Positions 13,628 to 26,485 of a stretch of DNA of 64,000 bases are shown here, piece after piece. The position numbers and the translations under genes were made by a program. The notes beneath the pieces are model-generated. The model was not told the origin of the DNA and did no database searches. It saw only the letters and a list, made by a program, of their open reading frames with translations. How positions within the stretch are numbered: position 1 is the stretch's first letter; the number at the start of each line of letters is the position of its first letter. The DNA is from Haliotis rubra (taxonomy: Eukaryota): contig NW_025765714.1 in assembly GCF_003918875.1 (NCBI RefSeq), positions 1,302,001 through 1,366,000 of the forward strand. The letters are read 5' to 3'.

Positions 13628-14899
13628 TAGTTCATATGGAACCCTTCATGAAGGCTCCAGAGATTGATGAGAACTACAAGATCAACGACTCCCATTGCAG
13701 AACTTAAACAACTACTAAATGTACTTGTTTCTGGCGAGACAGATCCAACATCAGCGGGCTTGACTCTTGTGAGGAACGGGACAGCTTGACAGTTATCACT
13801 GGCCTAGCATTGGCATTGTCGCAGTTCTCAGCGTGACATCGTTTTTTCACGGTCATCGTAGCGAAGAATCAACTCTACAAGAACCTTTTTGTATTCAACA
13901 CAATTGGTTATTTTACGGCGCTTCATTGAGACCGATGACTACAGTCTACAAGTAACAGCGTTCAGCAAGTATGGAACTTCAGCTGATCATCTGTATAAGA
14001 TGACGACTGCATTATCTTCAGTGAAGAAGGAAACAATCACAACAGCCAGGGAGACAGTCTACCTACATCGGTATTACGTGGCAAAATCCTTCGCGCGTTT
14101 TCCACTCAGCCTGCTATACACGTGTTCACTCGTGTAACTCCGGGAGGTTACGGACAAGGCCGAGTGTTAATGAAGAAATCAACAACTGCACAAGATTTTA
14201 CAAGGATCTTTTTCCTGCAACACCGGTGACGTCACATCGCGGGAATCTGAGATGCATCAAATGCTGCAATTTGACTGGTCCATGAGAGACCACGCCCTAC
14301 GCAGAAGTCGGGCATAGCTTACATGCCAGGAAGTCGTCTACAGTTGTAAACAACTTTTCAATTTGGGAGGAAGGCTCCATTTACAGTCCAGTTAGCAGGG
14401 TACAGCTTGATTCGACTGTCTTCACGGGTCATAAGGACCCTCCCTGTCAGCAGATTGAAGATTGTTTATCCGGCGATTTGCAGCAACATACTTTTGATGA
14501 TTTCTGCTCGCGGCATCCCGTCTACTATACATAGACTTCACAGCGATGGCAGTTCCAGTACATCTAGAGACGACGAATTATGCGTCAATGCACTTTGTTG
14601 GGATTCTGGGGAAAAGTCTTCTTGACATATTATCGGAAGATTGAAGAAATAAACTTCAAGTCATGATTCCAGAACCGGACATAGCTCCGCTTCCATTACG
14701 GACATGGCAAGGGTTCCACGGTCTACTTACCTACAACATAGGATATGAGCAGATTTCTGGGAAGATGTTCATCTCACCACAGAATCGCATGGTCATCACA
14801 GAGGATCGTTGGGTCTAGATACAAGCCATGGTATCTCAAGCACTACTCTCTCCGTTACCACTACGAAGTTGGCACTACTACGCTCCTTCAAGTTGGAAG

Positions 14900-15350
14900 A
14901 CCAACAAAAGAAGTTTAAGGAGCCTGCTTGGGATCTCGACGTAGTCTTGCAGCATCTCACCAGTGACGCTTACGAACCACTAGAAAGGACATCCTACGAG
15001 TTTTTAACTCGTTAAAATTCAAGCGCCTTTTCATCCTTCTATCCACGGAGACAACCACAGAAGTCTCACGTACAACAATATCCATTTGGATGAGACCAGT
15101 CATCTTAAGGGCCTACAAAGCAGCAGGACTTGAGCCTCCACGAGCCTCCAACCCTCATGAAGTCAGAGCTCTGGCATCGACACTCGCTCTGCATGGAAAC
15201 TGCTCCATCTCGATGATAATGGATGGCTGCTTTTGGAAGTCGGAGACGGTGTTTGCCAACCACTACCTCAGAGACATTGCTACCGAGGACGTCCCCGGCA
15301 TTCACCAGTTTGGGCCTTTTGTTGTAGAACAACAATTGACACGGTTCCAC
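14900..15350 (+). pseudogene. DIRS tyrosine recombinase remnant
   Basis: WDLDVVLQHLTSDAYEPLE, then HEVRALASTLA...CFWKSETVFANHYLRDI (HxxR...W...Y catalytic motif). The central part is deleted. Confidence 0.85.
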
Positions 15351-18300
15351 AAAGGCGTTGAGATGGATCTCACCCTTTTATCACGTGACTTGTAAAAGCC
15401 AACGCTCTGGAGAGCTAGAGCTGTAGAGTCCATGCGCACGTCTAGGACAGACCAGCATGAGTGATAGACCCTGTACTTGTAAAGGACTTACTCGTACATG
15501 AAGAAGGGTCGCTTCTCCACTTGATGCGAGCATCAAGACATGGAGTTGCATAAATCCACACATAATGTCAGGAGAAGAGTTGTGGTCCCCCCAGACTCAT
15601 CAGAGGAAGCTGGAAGAGAAAAGGATCAGCACAAGTGCCATCATAAGTTCCCACGGGGGGTATGCAGGACGTAAATCTACAACCGATGAATCCAGAAGTG
15701 GCCTGACCCACCACCGGTTCCATCGGATTCTACAAGCAAAAGAGCATGAGTCAGGATAAGGAAAAATATGTAGTTTTCTGGCTAAAATTGATATTTTATA
15801 CTTATCCTGACTCATTAGGTCATCCCTCCCAACCTCCCCTCTGGACACTCTGGATTTCCCGGTAATCTGAGAGTCGGGCTCATATACGGAGAGAGTGACA
15901 AGCATGGCTGGTCAGATGACCAATAAGGGCGCCAAAGGGCAAAGGGAGGCTACTCATGGGGTGAGTGATTTTACGTCCGCTTTTTTTAAGGGAGCTTCAA
16001 AAGGGGATTCAAGTGTTCCACTATCATTCGCAAGAAGAAGGAGACAAGCAAAAGAGCATGAGTCAGGATAAGTATAAAATATCAATTTTAGCCAGAAAAT
16101 TAATTTACATGTATATACTGAACGGATAATTCTACCTGCGCGTCCTGCGTAATATACGCATGAAATTTTGGAAGGACACACAAATATCTTGTGCATCCTG
16201 TGGATGCATACATATTCACCAATCATGTTTATAAATAAATAAACTGCAAGGGTTGAAATTAACGGACGCTAATACAAATTACAATAGTAATAAAGGACGA
16301 CTTTTTTGGCGTCTCACAGTGTTGCATCCAGGCTGCGCAATTGCACTATTCCCCGCGTACTTCGCCCTAAAAAAAATGAAAATCGATGTGACCTGTCACG
16401 CAATATAAATGACCACGTAACTATCATATTGTGTCAACACACGCACCTGCGTAACATGTGTGGAGTCAGGACGCATATATGCATCGCAAATCAAAAGCGT
16501 CTTTGGTAAATATATAAACAAGACTGCAAATCATGTTGATAAACTCTTCTGTTTGTTAAACCAGCCCGGTTTCATCATTCTATTTTCATGACAAATACCC
16601 AAAGCGGTTTCTTGACCTATATCTATTTTAGGTTTTGCATATATTAATGTATGGTATAGTCCGTAGGTTTACTTCAGGCAGTCAGGTGCTGCATATTAAA
16701 GCTTGGTGACGTTCGTAATTTCTTTAGACTGATGATTGATCGAAAACATCACGACCTCGTGTCCAACTAAAACTAGTCTGTCACACCAAGGGTATACTTC
16801 AGAACGGGGTGACCCGAACAATACACCGAAGTGTTATTACATAACATTAGTTATGATTATTAATATTTTACATTGATAGAGCAGAATCTGCAATTAGAAT
16901 TACACAATGCTAGAATATATTTCTCTTGATAAAATAACAGTTTCCGAACTGCATCAGAATTCATATTGAAAATCACTGGTAAATCGTGGGGGACGTGTGC
17001 ACAGCTGATTGCGATTTCCGGCTCTGTAATCGAGACAAATACACACGGTAATCTTAATCCCTGCATATAATACAATGCAAAGCAAAAACAAATTGGAACT
17101 GAAATGGTAAACAATCGTGTCTAGTGATGTTTAATTGCAAATTTACTGTCTTTACTGACAAAGTTGTCTTCTCTTGTTCGTTCACTCAAACCGATATGTA
17201 ATGTCGTTTTCTTACTCCCTGAAAAAAGGTTTCACGAAAGTGTAGCCCGTAGATAAGCCTACCCCCTTCTACAATCAAAATTGACTGGCCCAGATCTTAG
17301 GAATTTCCCTGTTGCAGCAAAGAAAGACGTTTATTTCACAAGTGTTTACCATTAGTTAAGGTTGTGAAAACTATAGGTTATTGGTTTTGGAATTACTTTT
17401 ATGTTTTTGCTTCTTGAAATTTCATTTAGTTCTAACCCTGATTAACAACAATGCTTTAAAATTGTTTTTTAACAATGAAATCTAGACATTGGTAAATGCA
17501 GTTCAGCGACAAACAAGTGGAAAACCCTGCTTGGCTTTGATTATTTGATCATTTCTTCTTCTGAAGTTTAAGGGACTCACAAAAATTTCAAAAGGACTTG
17601 TTACTTTTCAACAGTGAGTCCCAGGACTTACACACTAAAAATTGTAGATTTATCACTGAGACTGTTAAAAATGTAGAATGAGAAGTCACTAAATGCTGTT
17701 GAAGTTGAAAAAACCTAATTGCATATCCCTGAATTCTTTAGAAATGTGCCAACTTTTCTGAATGTTGAAGTTATTGTCACAATGACATCTCACATAATTT
17801 TTAACTGACTGAAAGTAGTATTTTATACAGTGAAAGATGAAAGTGCCATAATAATTGTTTTCAAAACGACACTGGCTTTAAATTGAGGCATTAAACGTCA
17901 AGCATGATATTTAAGCAGTTATGCAACCAATGTTAGCTTTTTAAAGTGTAATAATTTGCTTTTAATGGAAGCCGAATGGAAATTGTTTTATCCTGTATAT
18001 TCATGCTTGATTGCTCTACAATTCCCAGATTGTGTTTCCTCCATGCATCTTATACCTGACATGTGAGGTGGTTTATCAGGACTGTCTACTGATGTTTTAT
18101 CCTGTATATTAATGCTGGATTGCTCTGTAATTCATATTGATAATCTGGTCTCTAAAATTGATAATCCACTGTTGTCACATTTTTCTTGTCCATATTATAT
18201 TGATGTTCAAACAGGCCATAGTGAAGTGGAATTGAGCAAGCAAAGCTTGTGGGCTCAAATTCAATCGAATTAGTAGACTAACATATGGAATGAAAATAAA

Positions 18301-18643
18301 TGATACTGTCCAGCACAACAGACATCAGCAGAGTATGTGAATCATGGGTGGACAGGGCTATTGGAGACCATGCTATGCTGTCTGTGGCCACGCCATAGTA
18401 ATCAGTATCTTTATGTATATATGACTGTGAACTCATGTAGACCATTTGTTTTTGGCCAGTATATCGTCTTTCTTCAGTTTTAGTTTGGTTTTACCTTATG
18501 TTCAATATCAATGTATCCTTTCACAGATCTATAAATGTTTCTGCTTTCTATATTAATTGGTTTTGTACATATCAGACAACACTGCCATGATTGGCATGGT
18601 AAAATAATTGGTATCATAGCTGACAAGAACCTTTATATTACAG

Positions 18644-18760
18644 TGGCCTTGGATGGTTCTTGTCTGGCTGACCTGAGCTGTGAGGACCCACATGCTGTCT
18701 GCTCATCAACAGGTTTCTGCAAGTGTCAGGACAACTACAAACAGAAAAGTGGTTTCTGCA
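18644..18760 (+). CDS. LRP11: LRP11-like exon 3: six-cysteine EB/EGF-like module
   Basis: Acceptor ttacag|; VALDGSCLADLSCEDPHAVCSSTGFCKCQDNYKQKSGFC; donor A|gtaagt; 117 nt, phase 1-1. Confidence 0.85.
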
Positions 18761-19918
18761 GTAAGTCACACCTTGGCCAGCTTCAGGATCTGGCTGAACT
18801 GTTGCGTTTAGAATGCACTTCTACACCAAACTGTCGGTGTAGGTTTGTCCTCTCAGATATGTGCATAGAATCTTTTCTTGGCCAGGCGAACAAGAGACAA
18901 AACTAATTGGCATCAGTCAGCATTGTCCTACATATTAATCACCAGGTTCACAACTTAGTAAATTCTTTTGGTGTTCAAGTACAAATTAGATTAAAACATC
19001 ATCTCCCATTCAAGTGTTGTGTCACTTAGTAAAAATAAGCTTCTGATACTCTGGATTGTTCAGGCAGCTGTCTTGGTGTGACATGCATACATATAAGTAT
19101 TGACCTTCAAATACTGTCTTGTTTTTGTGTCAGAGGGTTTCTTAATGTCCCTGTTATTGACAATCCCCACCGTGTTTACTTTCCAGCAGAGCAAACAGTT
19201 GGAGTAGACGGGCTGCCAAGTGGATTTCATAAACTCGTATATTGCATTTTCCAAAGTCAATATGCTCAGATAGGGAAAGTAACTCCACTTAAAATTCCCT
19301 GTTTATCAAATTTGTAATGGTCATAGGCCAGGGTTTGATTTAAGTTTATGCTGAAATCTAAATATGTGTCAAGTATCTTATTTTAAGTCTCATGTTCCTA
19401 GGTTAAAGAGTTGGATTAAGAATTAGTTTTTGCTATGGCATACATTAATTTCAATACCAGTTGAACTTTGTGTAGGAGTAGTGTTGTATGCCATAACAAC
19501 ACAGGAGGCCTTTGTGCTGTTCAAGATTGAGTTATAATGTTTTTAAGTTGGTATTGGTGTGGCTTTATTGTTTAGTTTGCTCACATTTGACAGGCTAATA
19601 ACAGCCTTTAGTCGTGCATCTTCTGTCAACAGTCAACCACTTATTTAATCAACTGCTTTGATGATGGAATTTTTGGATTATCTGCATAGTAATCATGAGC
19701 TCAAATAATTCTTTCATTGTACTTTTGGCTGCCTACTCATACCAGAATTAAAATCTGTAATGCTTTGTTCAGGAGAAATTTTATTTGGAATTATGTTAAG
19801 TATTCAGAGTGTGTAGAAGGGAATTTATATATACTTGTGTTAGTTGTGCCAGATTGTGTTTCGGTAAGACTACAGAATACCAGATACCTTCCGCATCTTT
19901 GAAAGCATGCGAGTTTAC

Positions 19919-20042
19919 TTAGGGTTAGGGTAAGGTTTAGGGTTAGGGCAAGGGCAAGGTTTAAGTTTAGTTTTAGGGTTAGGGTAAGGTTTAGGGTTAG
20001 GGCAAGGTTTAAGTTTAGTTTTAGGGTCAGGTTAGGATTAGG
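19919..20042 (+). repeat. Interstitial degenerate telomere-like hexamer array (TTAGGG and variants)
   Basis: ttagggttagggtaaggtttagggttagggcaagg..., about 20 hexamers. Confidence 0.85.
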
Positions 20043-20053
20043 TTGGTAGGTAT

Positions 20054-20504
20054 TAGTGGTGGTCCGATTAATTGAAATAATCGAAGATTGGTCGCATTGA
20101 CTAAACAACCAAGCAATTGATTATGTTTTCTCATAATCGACCACAAACGATTTGGGAACACTTGTTTGCATTAACAATATTTGGTTTGGCCTGTGTCATT
20201 AAATTTACATTTCAAAAGCACTACAAGCTCTTTCCAAGTCATGACTGAATTTATCGTAAAGGCTCAAAGAAATATATGTTCCTTACATGCTAGTCATACT
20301 TTAAAGATGTGAAATTTTCAAATGCATTTTGTACAATTTGCAAGAAAAAAACCAAAAACCAAAGAACTACATGGGGTTATTTTGTTTGTTGTTTTTTAAT
20401 TTTGTGCATTAATAAACATAACATGAAAATTTGATAAATACCACAAACCAATTATTTTCGATTATAGATGGGGTTGTAATGAACCAATCAATTATGAAAC
20501 ACTA
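20054..20504. mobile_element. hAT-like MITE, copy 1
   Basis: TAGTG...CACTA termini, perfect 8-bp TSD gtaggtat (20046-20053 / 20505-20512); homologous to 44739-45153. Confidence 0.85.
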
Positions 20505-21281
20505 GTAGGTATCCAGTATTTTGCAGGTGTACCTGTGTTTCCTCCATGCATGTTATACCTGACATGTGAGGTGGTTTATCAGGACTGTCTACTGATGTCT
20601 CTCAACCACCTGTATCTGTAGCAAGTTTTAACTGTGCAATGTGAATGACGGATTTCTTGCTTTTGAATTGTCTGCTATGACTTTTTCTTTTTGTAAATAA
20701 TAATGTAATTAATAAATATTTTTAAAAAACCCAACTCATTTAAGCTTGGTACTTAAAATGTCCATGTATGCAGACTTGGTCTCGTCACTATATGGCTAAG
20801 ATAATGCTGATGTGACATAAAACTCAACTCAACTCAACTCTGACCTACAAAGCTCAAGTGTAAGAGCTGTACTTTTCTGTCCTGGCACAGCCTGTAGTTT
20901 GCAATCATATGTCTCATGTTTAGAATGTTTTACATTGTTTGTGAGAGAGACCTTAGTATCCTATTTCCTTAATCATGTTTGTACACTGAAAGCTATCTCC
21001 GATATGTTTAGCTGTTTAATATATAATAGAACATGTGACTATTAAAGTAACTACTGTGGATAAAATGAGCTGTATAGTTCATGATCTTGGGTCAAACCAT
21101 AAAATTCTCAGATTTTGTATCATTTGATGCCAATGAATGAACCCTATAATTTCATACCTTCTAGATTTGCAATAAAGCCACAAATATCCTAGAATATCAT
21201 CAACATAGTGTGCATGTATTGTGCAGTAACCATGTGTGCAGTCTACCATATGTCTGCAGGTGGTGTGACTGTTTGTTCCAG

Positions 21282-21425
21282 GAGAGGTATGTGGTGCAGA
21301 TCAGGTCGAGTGCAAGATTCGAGGGACATCATGGGTGGGACCAGACTGCATCCCCAAATCCAAGCGTTGTGATGGTACCACAGAATGTGCAGATGGATCA
21401 GATGAGAGAGACTGCTCCCCTACAG
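21282..21425 (+). CDS. LRP11: LRP11-like exon 4: LDL-receptor class A repeat
   Basis: Acceptor ttccag|; EVCGADQVECKIRGTSWVGPDCIPKSKRCDGTTECADGSDERDC (CDGxxxCxDGSDE acidic motif); donor CAG|gtgaat; 144 nt, phase 1-1. Confidence 0.9.
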
Positions 21426-22553
21426 GTGAATAGACTTGGCATATTGTCAGTCACTGTAATGTGACAGTCTACTTACCTTTCACTAACTTGTCTTCAGATA
21501 TTTAGTAGATGAACAAAAAGTTCCTGATCTTTGGTTGCAGGTGGTTTAGAAGGGGTTGTCTAACTTGGTGTATTACATCAGTATACAGAGTATCAGGGAG
21601 GGAAGGAGGATGTTATTGTACCTGAAGTCATTGTTCATTGTTCATTTTGTTTCAAGGGAACCGCCCACAGAAACAGCATAATATGTACCCGTCTGTCAAT
21701 ATCTCAGTATTTACATAGGTTATTGTTATGTGGAGAGTAGCAAATTATCTTCTATATTGTACGAGTTTTGTAAATACAGAGATATCAATGTATACAACTC
21801 ACATGTACTCCCCAACCCCCTTGACTTATCAGCGATCTGGTGGCGTAAAGTTACTCCTGTCTATTCACATATAGGCACATAAACACACACACACACACAG
21901 AAAAAATAGTTCTGCGATTTGATTGAATGTTAACAACCAAGCAGAATGCTACACTTTTGTTCTGAGTCACTCATGCATGATGCAAGTTGTGTTATCAATT
22001 TTACAGGGGGATAGAGGGCTACTGTTAATCCAAACAGTGGTTCAGTTGGTGGTGGGATTGAATTATTAAGAAAGGGAATTGTATTCACTGTTCCCAGTAA
22101 CAAGAACCATGCTGATACTCTGTGGACAATCACAGTCAAATATGACATCACCTGACACAGGCTCTCTCCATTGTGATTTATGGCTGGCTGGAATTCACTG
22201 ATGTACAGTTGTCTTATTTCAACCTGAATTACAAAGCCAAGCTGAGACGAAAACATGAAATACATATATTCTGTGGCAGGCCCCCGGGTTTATTTTGTCA
22301 TTATATTACTATCTGGATACATTTTCCCAAAAAATAGTAGAAATTCAAAGTACCCGGTACTATTTTGATATTTTCTCTGAAAAATGTCTCAGAATGCTGT
22401 AGGTTTAGAAAGGAGTTCCTTCTTTGTCAGATAGATTTGAGCTTGTTGGACTCAGCATGATGTACAGTGATAACAGTTATATCCTAGTTTGGCTGGGTGT
22501 GGTCTGTTAGAGATTATGTTCATAACTAGTTTATTGGTTGTTGATTTTGTTAG

Positions 22554-23684
22554 CACTGGTGGCGGATAAACAGTTAGAACCATGGCAAAGGAAACCCCCA
22601 GCAAGTCTCCCTGGTGATGGGAACTATGATGATATGGGCTATGGCAGTGACATACAGATCCCTGACTTACCACAGGGAGACTACTCCAGGACAGACCTAG
22701 AGAAGGAGCTGAGTGACGGCAAGGAAGTGAGTCAGGGAGTCTACACTAAGGATGCTGATCGTACTGACAAACTTGCTGATACTGTCAACAATGCATACAG
22801 CAATACCAGGGGAAAGGTGCATGATTATGAGTACTCATCGGATGTGGATAAAGAACTAGAAAGAGTGAGCATATCTGAAACTGACCGGCCCTTGGTGAAG
22901 CCTACGTTCCTCCCATCAAAGCCAGAGGTATCATGGTACAGAGATGAAGTGTTGCCCGAGGGTCAGAGGAATGAGGACAAGCAGAAGAGTGATTCAGATG
23001 TTGCCAGTAAGAGGGTTCACAGGGTCGACACAACTGTTGAGGAAAGTGCAGATAGACCTCCAGCGAGTTCAGGAATGAAAACTCCAAAGCATGATCTACA
23101 TGCAACTCCAGTTGGTCGTCCTGAAGCAAGACCTCGACCCCCTCAAAGAGCCAAGCCTGAGATTACTCACTCTCCCCAAAAGACAAGCTTGCCTAAAGCT
23201 CAGCCAAGTGAAATGTATCCCAAGCCCAGCAGTCAGGACTCAGCATTCCAGACACTAGCCCCTGATGCCCCGTCAGAAGGAGATGACAGACTCATGGACA
23301 ACAAGCCTGCCTCTAACATGGGCTACAGACCAGCATTTAACAGACAGTATCCACCACATGGTTTGAACAGACAACCCCCAAGGACCCAGGCAATAAACCC
23401 CAATATTCCCGCTCCAGACTATGACACCAATCTGTATGGGCTGGGTCAGCAACGCCCTTACCCCATAAGGAGGCCATTCCAACAAGGTCATCCTAATGGC
23501 CCGTATCGGAAGTTCCCTGATACTGGTTTCAACCATGCATACACAGGTGGCTACAACAACTATGACTACAATGACTTTGATCCCTATGTCCCTCTCCAAG
23601 GCAAAGACTACAGCAATCCTGACACCCACAGAACTTATGGCAGCCAGGGCAAAGCGAACTACCCTTATAAGTCATATGGTGGAG
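22554..23684 (+). CDS. LRP11: LRP11-like exon 5: long low-complexity extracellular stalk (D/E-, then P-, then Y/G/N/P-rich)
   Basis: Acceptor ttttgttag| in the frame of the 430-aa ORF; donor GAG|gtact at 23684 keeps phase 1. The 3' boundary is less certain. Confidence 0.8.
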
Positions 23685-25069
23685 GTACTCTATCGTTGTT
23701 GTGCTCACTGGAACCACCAGCATGTGTTGTAGTCTTCATTTTGTTGCAGTATACTCTTCAGTTCCTTCTGTCACATCGTTTTCCTTTCAGTTGCAGACAG
23801 TATCCTATCCTATGCTGTATTTGTGAATAGTTTTAGTACAGATAAACAAACTGCATTGTTTTATAATTTGTGGTAAAAATGTAGTTCATATGAAAATCCT
23901 CTTTGACATTATCGTTGTGTTTTGCTGTAATCTCACTCGCTTCTTCTGAATGTCACATGTGAGTTTTTTTCTTCTGCCCATCGTCCACTCCAGTTGTCAG
24001 TGTTGTACTCTGTTGTACTTGATGTGACACACTTCTCATCCAGCGTCATCTCCTGTGTCATAACAGATGTTGTTTCACGGCACTTTGTTCTCTTACAACT
24101 GCTGGCTGGTCAGAGGGTATCCAATAGTTTCACTGATGTAGCCACATAAAACATTATAGTTTCACAGAACTACCTGTCTTATTTGGCAATTTGTAATACT
24201 TTCCACAATATCTGAAAGAGTGTTTTCACTTTATCATATTTTATTGACATAATCTTTCAGGTACAAATGGGTCTATGTGTATGTGGCAAAGAGCATTATA
24301 AAGACATTTCAAGCAAATCTTTAACTGATTTATATAAAGAAAGAAAGAAAATCAACAAACGTATTTCTAAAAATATGATACTATTTGTATGTTTTGTAAT
24401 GTAAGTCAGATGTCATATTGGCATTTGTTGTCTCAATTTTCAGACCTGTCTTCAATGTTTAATGCCAAAATATATGCATGCAATATCTTTGACACAACTT
24501 CTAGCCTGGTACATGTGTCCACCAAAATATCACCGTTAAAACTTTCCAGATAGCTTGATTTCTGACCAGAATGTAAATGTCATACATAAGGACCTTATCC
24601 ATTGTTGAATGAAAATATGAATATGTTGTCTCAGATTTATATTAAAAGTAACTTAATTCAGTTAAATGCATTATTAAAATAATGTGACCCACTTGCATAT
24701 ATATAATATATAATATATACACATATATAAACAGCAGTATTTTCTGGATGATATTTTCCTTGATAACTGTTGGTTTGTTAGAGCCTCTGGGAACTCAGTG
24801 TGATAGCAGTAAAAGCTTTACCTTGACTGATAGTGAAAGAGTTAACCATGTGAACACATGAACGTAAATGTGCCATCCAACTCCATCCCTCAATACTTTG
24901 TCACATCCTAGCAAATAAATGTCTTGTGATTGAAAAAGAATCTGAAATAAGTACATTTTCCTGCAATGTTCATTGTTGCATTTGCAGACTATCATGATGG
25001 GAACAGCCCCCCGGACATGGTACCCTCCCAAGGTATGTCAATTGTATTGTGTTTGTAGTGGGAGGTGAG

Positions 25070-26135
25070 ATGTGTGTTTCATATGAGAACCTACAAGAAG
25101 ACAATAAGCAGGTTTCATTTGAGAATGTGTTCGGAGGTGAAATGTGTGTTTCATGTGAGAATGTACCCGAAGGCAACAACCATGTGTCATGTGAGAATGT
25201 ACCAGAAGGCAACAACCATATGTCATGTGAGAATGTACCAGAAGGTGACAACCATGTTTCATGTGAGAATGTGCCCGAAGGTGACAACCATGTTTCATGT
25301 GAGAATGTGCCCGAAGGTGACAACCATGTTTCATGTGAGAATGTGCCAGAAGGCTACAACCATGTTTCATGTGAGAATGTGCCAGAAGGCAACAACCATG
25401 TTTTATGTGAGAATGTGCCAGAAGGCAACGACCATGTTTCATGTGAGAATGTGCCTAAAGGTGACAACCATGTTTCATGTGAGAATGTGCCTAAAGGTGA
25501 CAACCATGTTTCATGTGAGAATGTACCAGAAGGCAACAACCATGTTTCATGTGAGAATGTGCCTAAAGGTGACAACCATGTTTCATGTGAGAATGTACCA
25601 GAAGGCAACAACCATGTTTCATGTGAGAATGTACCAGAAGGCAACGACCATGTTTCATGTGAGAATGTGCCCGAATGTGACAACCATGTTCCAAGTGAGA
25701 ATGTGCCCAAAGGTGACAACCATGTTTCATGTGAGAATGTGCCGGAAGGCGACAACCATGTTTCGTGAGAATGTGCCCGAAGGTGACAACAATGTTTCAT
25801 GTGAGAATGTACTAGAAGGCGACAACCATGTTTCATGTTAGAATGTGCCCGAAGGCAACAACCATGTTTCATGTGAGAATGTACCAGAAGGCGACAACCA
25901 TGTTTCATGTGAGAATGTACCAAAAGGCAACAACCATGTTTCATGTGAGAATGTACCAAAAGGCAACAACCATGTTTCATGTGAGAATGTACCAAAAGGC
26001 AACAACCATGTTTCATGTGAGAATGTACCAGAAGGCAACAACCATGTTTCATGTGAGAATGTACCAGAAGGCAAGAGTTCTTTTTGTTTGAGGGTATCCT
26101 GGTTAGGTGAGATTTGTGTGAATGTGAGAACATGC
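25070..26135 (+). repeat. 36-bp minisatellite (LRP11-like intron 5), about 26 good copies plus decayed edges
   Basis: Unit tcatgtgagaatgtaccagaaggcaacaaccatgtt. Confidence 0.95.
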
Positions 26136-26232
26136 TTGTAGGTTTCTCTGTTTCAAGTAAGAATTTGCTGAGAGGTGAGCTTTGTGTGAAAGTTGTAAAT
26201 GTCATGTGAAGACACCTGTTTTGATTTTACAG

Positions 26233-26343
26233 ACATGCCAGATGAACAGGTTGGATCAACTCAAGATTCTGACACTGACAATTCCAACAACTTAGCAGTT
26301 GTCAATGAAGACAAACAAACCCAACAAGGCAGTAAAAGTACAG
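26233..26343 (+). CDS. LRP11: LRP11-like exon 6
   Basis: Acceptor ttttacag|; open DMPDEQVGSTQDSDTDNSNNLAVVNEDKQTQQGSKST; donor CAG|gtttg; 111 nt, phase 1-1. Confidence 0.75.
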
Positions 26344-26485
26344 GTTTGTTTTGATATATATTTCCGTGTATCCCTATTGTGTTGGTAAATTCTGAGATGG
26401 TAGTGCTAATGTGCAAAGATGCATCCCTCAGGAAGTGGGGCTGGAGACTGAATAACAATCAGTTGTTCCCTCTGGTCTTTTTCAG

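Larger units (their letters stand above)
11128..16102 (+). mobile_element. DIRS-type tyrosine-recombinase retrotransposon, decayed and non-autonomous
   Basis: Inverted terminal repeats (about 11134-11312 vs 15894-16072), ICR at about 15732-15815, gag-like low-complexity ORF remnants at about 11650-12960, LGGRL pol-start motif at 14363, and recombinase remnants. Confidence 0.9.
19863..20533. mobile_element. Merlin-like non-autonomous element carrying a TTAGGG-like array
   Basis: GGTA...TACC termini, imperfect TIRs of about 26 bp, perfect 8-bp TSD tgtgtttc (19855-19862 / 20534-20541). Superfamily inferred from termini and TSD length. Confidence 0.7.

Noticed and set aside
19919-20042. Telomere or chromosome-fusion scar
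   Set aside because: Short, degenerate, single orientation, and enclosed in a TSD-flanked transposon.
23685-23830. Hydrophobic tail of the 430-aa ORF as a second TM
   Set aside because: It lies past the 23684 donor in T-rich intron-like sequence; the conserved TM and tail are in exon 7.
25049-26205. Long ORFs with 12-aa repeats (HVSCENVPEGNN etc.)
   Set aside because: A 36-bp unit opens several frames on both strands; there is a frame break near 25764; flanking LRP11-like exons join in phase without it.
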